A stretch of DNA of 53,451 bases from an uncultured Christensenella sp. (GCA_964475885.1 CAYYYD010000002.1:1-53451); one strand, 5' to 3'. Positions 43,682 through 53,001 are shown, counted from the stretch's first letter. Notes: a model not told the origin generated them from the letters alone. Made by a program: numbers and translations.

Positions 43682-44968
43682 ATGACAGACCCATTTTCGT
43701 TGCCTGCCTTTTCTTTTCCTAAAAACTTTATATGGGGAAGCGCGACCGCAGGTCATCAAATCGAAGGTAACAACGTAAACTCCGATTTTTGGAGATACGA
43801 GCAAGAAGAACACGCAAAAGACCCGACCTACGACCTTTCGGGTATGGCTTGCAACAGTTACGAAATGTACGAAGAAGACAATAAAATTCTTTCTACCCTG
43901 CACCACAAAATGTACCGTATGGGAATAGAGTGGCCGAGAATAGAACCTAACGAAGGCGATTTCCGTTTAGAAGAAGTAGAGCATTACGTAAAGGTTTTCG
44001 AGTCGTTAAAACAAAAAGGTATTAAAATATGCGTAACGCTTCAACATGTTTCTTACCCGATATGGTTCGGTAACTTGGGCGCGTTTTCTAAACGCGAAAA
44101 CGTTAAATACTTTACAAGATTTGTAGAGTACGTCGTTCCTAAAATCGCAAAATACGTAGACCGTTGGATAGTGCTTAACGAAGTATTCGGCGGGCACTGG
44201 TATACCGCCGACATGCAACAACGCAAAATAAACTACCTGTACTCGCACGTATATGCCAGAGACATAATTAAACGGTATTCCGATAAACCCGTAAGTTCTT
44301 CGCACGCTTTCGTTATGCAACAGGCAAAACGCGAATACGATAAGTTCGATACGACTATGCGCGATTTAAGGGACATAAACGTAAACGAATGGTTGTTCCA
44401 CGCAGTAAGAACGGGCGAAGTGGTTCTCCCCTTTACCGACGGGTTTTACGACAAAGAAATAAAAGACAGTTTTGATTTTTGGGCTATAAACACTTATGCC
44501 AGAAATCTGGTAGACAGTCGTATACACAATTTAAGAAGCGACAGGTACCCTTTCGAAAAAATGAAAATGTTACCGCAAGAGTTTTATTTAGACGTGTTTA
44601 ACCCCGAGTGTATTATTCATAACCTTACCAGATTAACAGACAGACCGGTTATGATAACCGAAAACGGGTGTTCGACAGACGACGACAGGTTTAGAATAGT
44701 GTTTATAGCAGAATATCTATGCGCCGTACACCAAGTAATTAAAATGGGTATAAACGTAGAAGGGTTTTTGTATTGGTCGCTTTTAGACAACTACGAATGG
44801 GGGCACTTCTTCCCTAAATTCGGGCTTGTAGACGTAGACCGCGAACACGACTTTAAAAGAACAATAAAACCCAGCGGATACTTCTTGCGCGATATAATAG
44901 ACAACAACGGGTTTAATCAAGGCATTTTAAGAAAGTACTTAAAAGAAATCCCTTCGCTAGGTCTGTAA
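43682..44968 (+). CDS. glycoside hydrolase family 1 (beta-glycosidase)
   Basis: 428 aa; FPKNFIWGSATAGHQIEGN opening, acid/base LNEV and nucleophile ITENG. Confidence 0.88.
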   Translation: MTDPFSLPAFSFPKNFIWGSATAGHQIEGNNVNSDFWRYEQEEHAKDPTYDLSGMACNSYEMYEEDNKILSTLHHKMYRMGIEWPRIEPNEGDFRLEEVEHYVKVFESLKQKGIKICVTLQHVSYPIWFGNLGAFSKRENVKYFTRFVEYVVPKIAKYVDRWIVLNEVFGGHWYTADMQQRKINYLYSHVYARDIIKRYSDKPVSSSHAFVMQQAKREYDKFDTTMRDLRDINVNEWLFHAVRTGEVVLPFTDGFYDKEIKDSFDFWAINTYARNLVDSRIHNLRSDRYPFEKMKMLPQEFYLDVFNPECIIHNLTRLTDRPVMITENGCSTDDDRFRIVFIAEYLCAVHQVIKMGINVEGFLYWSLLDNYEWGHFFPKFGLVDVDREHDFKRTIKPSGYFLRDIIDNNGFNQGILRKYLKEIPSLGL

Positions 44969-44980
44969 ACAAAAACGATT

Positions 44981-45010
44981 GCGCCGTCGATATATTCGAC
45001 GGCGTTTTTT
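44981..45010 (+). terminator. intrinsic terminator after GH1
   Basis: GCGCCGTCGA-TATAT-TCGACGGCG followed by T6. Confidence 0.8.
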
Positions 45011-45038
45011 ATACAAGCGTTTTTCGTTAAAAGAAACA

Positions 45039-45063
45039 CCCCTTTAAGCCACGCTTAAAGGGG
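45039..45063 (-). terminator. intrinsic terminator after amidohydrolase gene
   Basis: CCCCTTTAAGC-CAC-GCTTAAAGGGG 11-bp stem, T-rich downstream on the minus strand. Confidence 0.7.
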
Positions 45064-45071
45064 TATATATT

Positions 45072-45878
45072 TTATTTTAAGTGTAGTAAACGCTGTGCGT
45101 TTTTATAAAAGATATATTCTTTTTCTTCTTCGGAAATCAAAAAGTCCAACGCCACTCCGCCGACAAACATTGCCGGATTGCAAGTCGGATAGTCCGAACC
45201 GAATAAAATTCTTTCTTTGCCGAAGTCGTCTATTAAATGGCGCAACAACCCGTGTCTGAAAAGCCCGCCACCCGACAAATCTACGTAATAGTTTTGCGAC
45301 GCTTCTAAACGCAACATATGATGTTTTAAACATTCCCCTTCGGAAGGGTGCGCGCCTACGATAACAAGATTTTTAAACCTTTTTACCATTTCGTCCATCT
45401 GAACGAAATTCTGTTCCGTACCCAGTGCGTGGAAACTTAAAACCATTTTATAATGCTCGGCAACTTCTAGTATTTCGAAAAGTCGTTTATCCGAAAAGTC
45501 CGACCACCTATGATGGTAAGGCACCAACTCGCCTATAAGTTTTACGCCGAGTTTACTCATACGCTCTATTTCGGCGACAGACTCTTTTACGTATTCGGGG
45601 TGAATATGAAAACCGGGTACGTAAAAACCTTCTGACCTTTCGGCAAGCGCAAGCGCCTGGTTGTTCATATCAAGTATTTCTTGCCAGACATCGGTATTAG
45701 ATTGTGCCACACCGTTTTTAATTACCGAACCGCAAATTTTAACCACGCCCAACTTTTTAAGGTCGGTTATGGTGTTTTGCTCGCTCATATTACAATACTT
45801 TATATGCGAACAAATATTATATTCGTCGGACGGAAACGGGTGCGTATGAAAGTCTATTATTTTATAATCGGTTTTCAT
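45072..45878 (-). CDS. amidohydrolase-fold metal-dependent hydrolase (Amidohydrolase_2-like TIM barrel)
   Basis: 268 aa; IIDFHTHPF (HxH), GAHPSEG and GSDYP motifs; no signal peptide. Confidence 0.75.
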   Translation of the reverse strand: MKTDYKIIDFHTHPFPSDEYNICSHIKYCNMSEQNTITDLKKLGVVKICGSVIKNGVAQSNTDVWQEILDMNNQALALAERSEGFYVPGFHIHPEYVKESVAEIERMSKLGVKLIGELVPYHHRWSDFSDKRLFEILEVAEHYKMVLSFHALGTEQNFVQMDEMVKRFKNLVIVGAHPSEGECLKHHMLRLEASQNYYVDLSGGGLFRHGLLRHLIDDFGKERILFGSDYPTCNPAMFVGGVALDFLISEEEKEYIFYKNAQRLLHLK

Positions 45879-45881
45879 TGC

Positions 45882-46661
45882 TTACCACTTTTCTTTTACG
45901 TTATGAACGCCTTTGCCTATAAACCCGACCTGCTTAAAGTCGTCTACATTGTTTCTTATAATAAAGTCGATGTAAGTCATAACCATATCTGCGGTAAACT
46001 TATACCCCAAAGCGCTCATATGACCGCCCAAAAGGTAGAACTTTTTAAACTCTTCGTCGTAAATCGGACCGTACTTACGTATATCCAAAACGTATAAGAA
46101 ATCGAAATATTCGGGCAACTTTCTAATAAACTCCGCATGCTTGTCGTGGCGTTCTTCTACCCCGTCGTCGCCGACCGACCTAGGGCAAGTCATAACGAAA
46201 ATTCTGCACTTGGGCTCTAACTTCCTTAGCCTTTGAATAATTCTTACATATTCGCCGACGAACGTGCTTTTGTTCTTTTCTAAATCGTCCCAATCAACGT
46301 CGTCGAAACTGCCGAACTCAATGTTACCCTGTTTTAATTGGTTCATATCGTTTACGCCCAGCGCAATTATATACGCCTGACATTTGTTCCACGGCTCGAA
46401 GCAACCGGTATGCCAGCCGTAAGAATGAAATTCTTTGGCAGTCATTCCCCCGCGAGAATAGTTTATTACTTCCGAACCGCACGCACGCGCGATAAACTGC
46501 CCCCAAGAATATTCGTAGTAGTCGTGATAACCCACTTCGTCGTTTTCCGTTCTGGATTCGTGTTCGCCCGAAGCCAAACTGTCGCCTATGCAACCTATCT
46601 TTCTGAATATAGCGGTAAACCCGCCGTCGCTTTTAATAATTTCTAAGGGATTTTTTTCCAT
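45882..46661 (-). CDS. SGNH/GDSL family esterase
   Basis: 259 aa; block I IGDSLASG, block II RGGMTA, block III LGVNDM, His in GGHMS; no signal peptide. Confidence 0.8.
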   Translation of the reverse strand: MEKNPLEIIKSDGGFTAIFRKIGCIGDSLASGEHESRTENDEVGYHDYYEYSWGQFIARACGSEVINYSRGGMTAKEFHSYGWHTGCFEPWNKCQAYIIALGVNDMNQLKQGNIEFGSFDDVDWDDLEKNKSTFVGEYVRIIQRLRKLEPKCRIFVMTCPRSVGDDGVEERHDKHAEFIRKLPEYFDFLYVLDIRKYGPIYDEEFKKFYLLGGHMSALGYKFTADMVMTYIDFIIRNNVDDFKQVGFIGKGVHNVKEKW

Positions 46662-46671
46662 TGTCTTTCTC

Positions 46672-47730
46672 CTATTTAAGTTTTAAAATTTCGTCTATTT
46701 TTGCGCCTATTACGTTAGCCATACGGTAAAACCCTAAATCGTTGGGGTGGCACCCGTCGGTAGTGCATAAGTCGGCGTCTACGCTTCCGAACAAATCGTA
46801 ACCGTTTATAAAATAAACGTTTTTATCGCCTTCCGAAAGCGCTTGTTTGTAAGTCTGTTCTGCGATTTCTATTCGCAAATCGGTTATCGTCGGCATCTGT
46901 TCTACGTCGGGACGAGTTACCATAAGTATGGGAAGGTCGGGTTTTGCCTTTCGTATAGTCTTGTAAAAAGAATAGTGCGTGTCTTTGTAATACTTTTCGT
47001 CGGGTGCGTTGTGGTCGTAATCGTAAACGAACAAACCCATGTCTTGCTTTGCTATGTATTCTGCCATCAACGGCTCTGCCTTAGCCCAGCCGGTAATTCC
47101 CAAATTGATATAGTCTACCGAATTTCTTACCGATATAATGTTTTGATAAGTGTTACCCGGTACGGAAGCGCAACCGCCCTGCGTTATAGACGAACCGTAA
47201 TACAGTATGGGTTTAATATCTTTTCTGTACGGGTTTAAGGGTTCTAGTTTACTACCCTTTACCACGCCTATTTTAAGCGATTTAACGGCGCCGTAGTTTG
47301 GCATATGAATAAGTATCTGCTTTTCGCCCTTTTCTAGTTCTACAACTCCGCAATACGGAAGCGACGGGTCGTCTTTGGGACGGAAAATTTTACGCCTGTG
47401 GAACCTGCCGTTTTCTTTAACGTTTAAGTCAAACCCGACAAGCCCGATAGCCGAAAAGTTCGCACCGTGAAACCCCTTTACTTCCGCCATAACCGCAATC
47501 GTTTTAGAGTCGGTCGTAAAACAAATTCTACCGCCGGCGTTTAAGGGGTTAGCCCCGTCTAAGCCGACCGACACAGCCTTAGCCACGTCGTCGGGAACCC
47601 TAAGCGGAATATCGGTATTATAAAAATCGTAAAACCCGAACACTAAAAACTTATCGCTTTTATAATCGTAAAACTCTAAATCTTCTCGGTTGATTTCTTT
47701 ATACAAAAGGTTTTGGTCGTGCATTTCCAT
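46672..47730 (-). CDS. SGNH esterase with N-terminal beta-sandwich (GxDLY-type) domain
   Basis: 352 aa; N-domain with GFDLNV; catalytic half has YYGSSITQGG (block I) and DGCHPND (DxxH). Confidence 0.75.
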   Translation of the reverse strand: MEMHDQNLLYKEINREDLEFYDYKSDKFLVFGFYDFYNTDIPLRVPDDVAKAVSVGLDGANPLNAGGRICFTTDSKTIAVMAEVKGFHGANFSAIGLVGFDLNVKENGRFHRRKIFRPKDDPSLPYCGVVELEKGEKQILIHMPNYGAVKSLKIGVVKGSKLEPLNPYRKDIKPILYYGSSITQGGCASVPGNTYQNIISVRNSVDYINLGITGWAKAEPLMAEYIAKQDMGLFVYDYDHNAPDEKYYKDTHYSFYKTIRKAKPDLPILMVTRPDVEQMPTITDLRIEIAEQTYKQALSEGDKNVYFINGYDLFGSVDADLCTTDGCHPNDLGFYRMANVIGAKIDEILKLK

Positions 47731-47776
47731 AAAATAACTTTCTCGTACTTTTTATATTTTTACCGCCGACTTTTTA

Positions 47777-48790
47777 TTAAAACTCTTCTTTAATGCTAGG
47801 CCAAACAATGTCTTCGCACCAATAGTGGTTTTTAGGCGTAACTACCAAACGCGCGTTTTCGGGCACGCCTGCCTTTTGGTAAATTTTCTTTACCGTTTCA
47901 AACCCTTTTTTAACGCCTTCTATCGGGAATATATCGTCTTTTTCGCCACTGATAACCAAAAGTTTTCTGGGTGCTATAAGCCCTGCCAAATCTTGCATTT
48001 CAAAATTTTCGTAGCAATCGGGTATTAGGTTACATATACAGTGATGAATATCTAAAATAGAATCTTTGTAAGTACAGAATGCGCAACTCGGTGCCGAAAG
48101 CGTAATTCTTTCGTCAAAAGCCGCCGCATAAAAAGAAGCCGTTCCGCCACCCGAATTACCCGTAATAACTATTTTACTAGTGTCTACTTCGGGGAAAAGG
48201 TGCATAGCGTCTATGGACTTAGAAATATCCCATACCCTTTCGCCCAAAACCGTTCTGCCTAGCGCCATAGCCGAAAAGCAGGTAAATTTACAATTTTCAC
48301 CCCATGCGCGTTTTTCTTTTATAGGTTCTAATTCGCCCATACCGCGCATCTCTACGCAAAGCGCCGCATACCCTTCTTTTACCGCCTGCAAAGCAAACGC
48401 TCCGCGTGGTTGATACCTTCCGTCTTCTTCGGTTTTTACGATACCTACCGAATTATACATACCGCCCTTTTTGTGACCTTGCAAGGTTATGGCAAGCGGA
48501 TAACTCTTTTTGCCCGTGGTAGGTATTAAAAGGTAGCACGGAACCATCATATCCTTTTCGGTTTCTACAATAAACCTTATTTGGCGGTAACCGTCTTTTT
48601 CTTCTTCGCTTTCTATAATAACGTTTTCGGGGCAAGCGTTTTGCTTAATTTTGTTTATCCCCATAATTTCGCAATAAAACTCTCTTAACTGTTTTTGCCA
48701 TTCGTTAAAGTCTTTGTTTTCGTCGAAAGCATACTTTAACTTTGCGTTTTTAACTAAATTGTCGTGACATAAGTCCGAATTTATTTGCAT
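47777..48790 (-). CDS. alpha/beta hydrolase, AXE1-like acetyl-esterase fold (paralog A)
   Basis: 337 aa; nucleophile elbow TGNSGGG; candidate Asp in GEKDD and His in NHYW; no signal peptide. Confidence 0.75.
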   Translation of the reverse strand: MQINSDLCHDNLVKNAKLKYAFDENKDFNEWQKQLREFYCEIMGINKIKQNACPENVIIESEEEKDGYRQIRFIVETEKDMMVPCYLLIPTTGKKSYPLAITLQGHKKGGMYNSVGIVKTEEDGRYQPRGAFALQAVKEGYAALCVEMRGMGELEPIKEKRAWGENCKFTCFSAMALGRTVLGERVWDISKSIDAMHLFPEVDTSKIVITGNSGGGTASFYAAAFDERITLSAPSCAFCTYKDSILDIHHCICNLIPDCYENFEMQDLAGLIAPRKLLVISGEKDDIFPIEGVKKGFETVKKIYQKAGVPENARLVVTPKNHYWCEDIVWPSIKEEF

Positions 48791-48844
48791 AATATTACTC
48801 CTTTTTATGTGTTTAAAATTTTTTTGTTTTACGCTTAACGCCTG

Positions 48845-49858
48845 TTAAAACATCTCTTTAATGCTAGGCCAAATAATGTCTTCACACCAATAATGGCCTT
48901 TGGGCGTAACCACCATACGCGCGTTTTCGGGCACGCCTGCCTTTTGATAAATTTTCTTTACTACTTCAAACCCTTTTTTTGCGCCTTCTAACGGGAATGT
49001 CCAGTCTTTTTCGCCGTTGACAACCAAAAGTTTTCTGGGTGCTATAAGCCCTGCCAAATCTTGCATATCAAAATACTCGTAACAACCGGGTATAAGGTTA
49101 CATATACAATGATGAACGTCTAAAATAGAATCTTTGTATGTACAAAAAGCGCAACTCGGTACGGCAAGCGTAATTCTTTCGTCAAAAGCGGCGGCGTAAT
49201 AAGTCGTCGTTCCGCCACCCGAATTACCCGTAATAACTATTTTAGAAGTATCTACTTGCGGGAAAAGGTGCATAGCGTCTATACATCTGCTAATATCCCA
49301 TACTCTTTCGCCTAAAAGCGTTCTGCCAAGAGCAAAAGCCGTAAAAGAAGTAAACCAACATCTTGTACCCCACATACGCTTTTCGGTAGAAGGTTGTAGT
49401 TCGCCCATACCACGCAGTTCTACGCAAAGTGCCGCATACCCTTCTTTTACCGCCTGCAAAGCGAACGCTCCGCGCGGTTGATACTCTTCGTCTTCCGGCA
49501 ACTTTTTAAGGCCGATAGAATTGTACATACCGCCGTCTTTATGCCCTTGCAAGGTTATTGCTAGCGGATAACTCTTTTTGCCCGTCGTCGGTATTAAAAG
49601 GTAGCAAGGAATCATCATATCTTTTTCGGTTTCGGCAATAAACCTTATTAAACGATAACCGTCTTTTTCTTCTTCGCTTTCTATAATAACGTTTTCGGGG
49701 CAAGCGTTTTGCTTGATTTTATTTATCCCCATAATTTCGTAATAGAATTCTTTTAACTGTTTTCTCCATTCGTTAAAGTCTTTGTTTTCGTCAAAGGTAT
49801 ACTTTAACTTTGAGTTTTCTACTAAATTCTCGTGGCATAAGTCAGAATCGATTTGCAT
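48845..49858 (-). CDS. alpha/beta hydrolase, AXE1-like acetyl-esterase fold (paralog B)
   Basis: 337 aa; 283/337 residues identical to paralog A by hand alignment with no gaps; same TGNSGGG motif. Confidence 0.75.
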   Translation of the reverse strand: MQIDSDLCHENLVENSKLKYTFDENKDFNEWRKQLKEFYYEIMGINKIKQNACPENVIIESEEEKDGYRLIRFIAETEKDMMIPCYLLIPTTGKKSYPLAITLQGHKDGGMYNSIGLKKLPEDEEYQPRGAFALQAVKEGYAALCVELRGMGELQPSTEKRMWGTRCWFTSFTAFALGRTLLGERVWDISRCIDAMHLFPQVDTSKIVITGNSGGGTTTYYAAAFDERITLAVPSCAFCTYKDSILDVHHCICNLIPGCYEYFDMQDLAGLIAPRKLLVVNGEKDWTFPLEGAKKGFEVVKKIYQKAGVPENARMVVTPKGHYWCEDIIWPSIKEMF

Positions 49859-49936
49859 AATATTACTCCCTTTTATGTGTTTAAATATTCTTCCGCTTGT
49901 CGTTTTTTTTGTCTAGCGGTAACAACCTTTTTTATA

Positions 49937-51082
49937 TTACTTGTTTTCGGGTGTTTCGCGTTTTTCGTGCTCTACTAAAACATTTTCCCAAAGTTCTTTG
50001 TGCGCGGGGTTTTGTATATAGTTTATAAGCATAAGCCTAGACCTGTCTTTTAACAACACGTTGCCTGCCTTACCGCCCGAAAGTTTCCAAATAAACCTGT
50101 ACGCCTTGCTGTCGTAATAACCCCTGCAAAGGTCGGTAAACCAGTTTATTCTTTCTTTACCGAACTCGTAATACTTGTCTTTTACAAGTTGCTCGTCTTT
50201 AATCTCGTCGGAACGTTTAAAATACCCGTCCATAATATCCGAAGTTTCTGCAATCTTAATGTTACCGTCGTGTTTATCTATGGGTATGTACCCCACCTTA
50301 AACTCGTCGTCTTTAATATCTACGGTAACAAGCATACCCGTCTGCCAACATTCTTCTTTGCTTTTTTCAAAAACGAAATTGCCTTGCCCGTAAATAATCT
50401 TTCCGCCGTTGTAATCTTCTTCACAATTAACGCAGTGAGTGTGTTGCATAACTACAAGGTCGGCGCCCTTGTCTACCATTTTACGACAAACCTTACGGTC
50501 GAACGGCGCAAGGTACCTAAAATGCTCTATACCGGCGTGGTACAAAACTATAAGATAATCGCAATTATTTTTTGCTTCTGCAATATGGTCAAATGTTTCT
50601 AGCGGGTCGTACCCGTTAGCGCCTGCGCCGTAATCTTGCACCCAAGAAAACTCGTGCTGGCAAACGGCATAAAACCCTATCTTTTTACCGCATATATCGT
50701 AGAATTTGGGCTTGTACGCTTGTTCGTAACTAAATCCGCCACCAACGTAATCTATATTCGCTTTATCCAATATGTCTACGGTAGACTTAAACCCGGAAAC
50801 GTTTTGGTCTAAAATATGATTGTTTGCAAGCGTAACAAGGTCTACGCCTAGTTCTACGTACCCCTTTATCGTGTTTGTGGGCGCAATTAGGTTAGGTCCG
50901 CACTTTTTAATTTTATCTTCTTTATCGGTTAGCGGAACTTCTAGGTTTACCGCAACGAAATCGGCGTCGTCTAAAATCTTTTTTAATTCTTTGCCGACTA
51001 CCTTTTGCATATCTCCGTCAATAAAAAACTGCCTGTTTTGGTCGGTAGGAACAACGTCTGCGCCGATAATAATTCTACCCAT
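49937..51082 (-). CDS. CapA/PGA_cap family metallophosphatase-fold protein
   Basis: 381 aa; LANNHILDQ, YHAGIEH and MQHTHC motifs; no TM or signal peptide; GGAG SD. Confidence 0.75.
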   Translation of the reverse strand: MGRIIIGADVVPTDQNRQFFIDGDMQKVVGKELKKILDDADFVAVNLEVPLTDKEDKIKKCGPNLIAPTNTIKGYVELGVDLVTLANNHILDQNVSGFKSTVDILDKANIDYVGGGFSYEQAYKPKFYDICGKKIGFYAVCQHEFSWVQDYGAGANGYDPLETFDHIAEAKNNCDYLIVLYHAGIEHFRYLAPFDRKVCRKMVDKGADLVVMQHTHCVNCEEDYNGGKIIYGQGNFVFEKSKEECWQTGMLVTVDIKDDEFKVGYIPIDKHDGNIKIAETSDIMDGYFKRSDEIKDEQLVKDKYYEFGKERINWFTDLCRGYYDSKAYRFIWKLSGGKAGNVLLKDRSRLMLINYIQNPAHKELWENVLVEHEKRETPENK

Positions 51083-51196
51083 AACAACTCCTTTTAACCT
51101 TTAATAAAAATCGTTAGATTTATTATATAACAATTCGGTAAATTAGGCAATACTCTTTTTAATCTATTTTCGTTTTTTTAAATCTTTTTCACCAAT

Positions 51197-51241
51197 AAAA
51201 AAGTCTTTGCAACCGTACGCCTACGTTTACAAAGACTTTTA
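51197..51241 (-). terminator. intrinsic terminator after surface-protein gene
   Basis: AAAAGTCTTTG ... CAAAGACTTTT outer stem with inner CGTA/TACG, and a T run on the minus strand. Confidence 0.65.
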
Positions 51242-51273
51242 ATCGTTTATAAAATTTTTAATTGTTCGTTTAA

Positions 51274-52971
51274 CTAAACGCTTTCCGTTGCCGAACGCTT
51301 GTTGTTTCTGACAATCATAAACGCAAGCGCACCCAAAATCATCAGTCCGCCACCGCCTATGCTTCCGCCGGTAAACACCACCGTTCCGCAACCCGACGCG
51401 TCTTCTGTCGAAGAATTTTCTACGTACACGGTATACTTTCTAGTCGAAACTTTACCTTCGTAAGTGCATTTAACGTTAAACTGCGACATACCTTCTTGTA
51501 CGGCGGTTAAAACGCCCGTTTCGTTGTCAAACGAAATACACTCCGCACCGTTAAGGCACTCTATCTCTAAACTTGCGCCTTTTACCGAAATACCGTTTAT
51601 ACCGTACCCGAACCTTGCGGTATTTATACCGCCAAGGTCTAGGTAAATAACCGCGCTCGTCTTTTCCGCATCGGTTTCTACCCAAAACCCGTAACTGTCT
51701 TCTACGCCGTTAAGCCATACGGGAACACCGAATTTCTCTATTCCCCAATAGTTTTTATCGAAAGAAGAATAGTCGTTAGCGTCGTCTTCCGCCATTAGGG
51801 CGGCGGTCGCATATCTCCTTACGCCGGAATACACTTTTACACCGCCGTAAACGTCTTCGTCCATACCGTCGTTTTCGGCATAGCCTTCCATCCAATAACG
51901 GCAAAGCCTACCGTCCCCGTCGTAATAGTAGCCCTTTCTACCGTTGGTTATTTTCCAATAATAGTGCATAATCGGAACTCTGCCTATTACATAAACGTTT
52001 TCGTGCGTGGGTGTAAATGTGTTGGGTACGTGTTTGTTGTCGACAGTGTTCCACCAAGCAAGATCCGCACCCCACAAAGCGCCAACAGACAAATCGTCTG
52101 TATTTCTGTCTATGTTAAGCCCGGGGAAATCGAGCACAACGTTTTTAAGAATAAGCGTAACGTTACCGCTTACCGAAATACCGCCTTCGGGAATCTGCCC
52201 TTCTGCCGTACGGATATACACGTTTTCTACCCTGGCGCGGTTCCCGTCCCCGCCAGTAGAACTAGAAAGTTCGAATAAAACGGGGTTTAAGCCGGGCGTG
52301 GTAAACTTTACGTTTACAAAACCAGTGTTTTTAATAACACCACCTTTACCCAAAACGCCGAAAAATCCACCGCGATTAGCATAAAACTCTATGTTATGAC
52401 CTTTGCCGTCGAATGTCCCCGTAAAGCCTGCCGTGTTCCAAACAAAACCGGTATCGTCGTGGTTCCCAACCAAACCGCCGTACTGATTTTCTTCTCCGTT
52501 TGCAAGTTTAAGGTCGTTTGCCAAAACGTAGTAACCGGTAACGGGAGTTACGTTGTCTACTATTTTTAGTACGCCTATGTCGTCTTTATCGTAAATAGCC
52601 TTGGTAACGTACTGAAACTCTATCGTCTTGCCGTTTACGGTAAGCGTGTAGTAATCGCCTAAATTCAATGCGTTTTCGTTTGCTTCGCCAAAAGAACCTA
52701 GCGTAACCGTAGAACCGGAAACGGTAGCGTCTACCGTAAAGGTTGCCGACTGTAAATTAGCGTCTGTATAAGTAACGAAGGCAGATTCTACCCCGTCTAA
52801 AACTTCGCCTGCGTCTAGCGTGGCAGAATGATACATCTGCTCGTAATAACCGCCAAACACCTTTTCTTCGGCATAGACTTCTGCCGTAGACTCTGCCGTG
52901 GGCAATGCGCTAAAAACCACGCCGAAAGTAATACCTAGTAGCAAAACGAATGCCCCTATTCTCTTAAACAT
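51274..52971 (-). CDS. secreted cell-surface protein, beta-helix/GLUG-like repeats, C-terminal TM anchor
   Basis: 565 aa; signal peptide MFKRIGAFVLLLGITFGVVFSALP; FTGTFDGKGHNI and GGLVG motifs typical of beta-helix adhesin-like proteins; C-terminal GGGGLMILGALAFMIV-RNNKR. Confidence 0.7.
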   Translation of the reverse strand: MFKRIGAFVLLLGITFGVVFSALPTAESTAEVYAEEKVFGGYYEQMYHSATLDAGEVLDGVESAFVTYTDANLQSATFTVDATVSGSTVTLGSFGEANENALNLGDYYTLTVNGKTIEFQYVTKAIYDKDDIGVLKIVDNVTPVTGYYVLANDLKLANGEENQYGGLVGNHDDTGFVWNTAGFTGTFDGKGHNIEFYANRGGFFGVLGKGGVIKNTGFVNVKFTTPGLNPVLFELSSSTGGDGNRARVENVYIRTAEGQIPEGGISVSGNVTLILKNVVLDFPGLNIDRNTDDLSVGALWGADLAWWNTVDNKHVPNTFTPTHENVYVIGRVPIMHYYWKITNGRKGYYYDGDGRLCRYWMEGYAENDGMDEDVYGGVKVYSGVRRYATAALMAEDDANDYSSFDKNYWGIEKFGVPVWLNGVEDSYGFWVETDAEKTSAVIYLDLGGINTARFGYGINGISVKGASLEIECLNGAECISFDNETGVLTAVQEGMSQFNVKCTYEGKVSTRKYTVYVENSSTEDASGCGTVVFTGGSIGGGGLMILGALAFMIVRNNKRSATESV

Positions 52972-53001
52972 CTTTTTTTCTCCTTATCGTGCCACAATAA
53001 T

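Larger units (their letters stand above)
47777..49890 (-). repeat. tandem gene duplication, 1068-bp period
   Basis: Both CDS, plus about 30 nt upstream of each start (CATAATATTACTCC[T/C]TTTTATGTGTTTAAA), are homologous at an offset of exactly 1068 nt. Confidence 0.9.

Noticed and set aside
43652-43906. 84-aa minus-strand ORF overlapping the GH1 promoter and start.
   Set aside because: It is antisense to the conserved GH1 N-terminus, has no SD, and shows an implausible composition.
52972-52985. A7 homopolymer between the SD (AAGGAG) and the ATG of the surface-protein gene, as a possible phase-variation tract.
   Set aside because: Seven residues is short for slipped-strand switching. The spacing (8 nt) is already optimal, and a single sequence gives no evidence of length heterogeneity.
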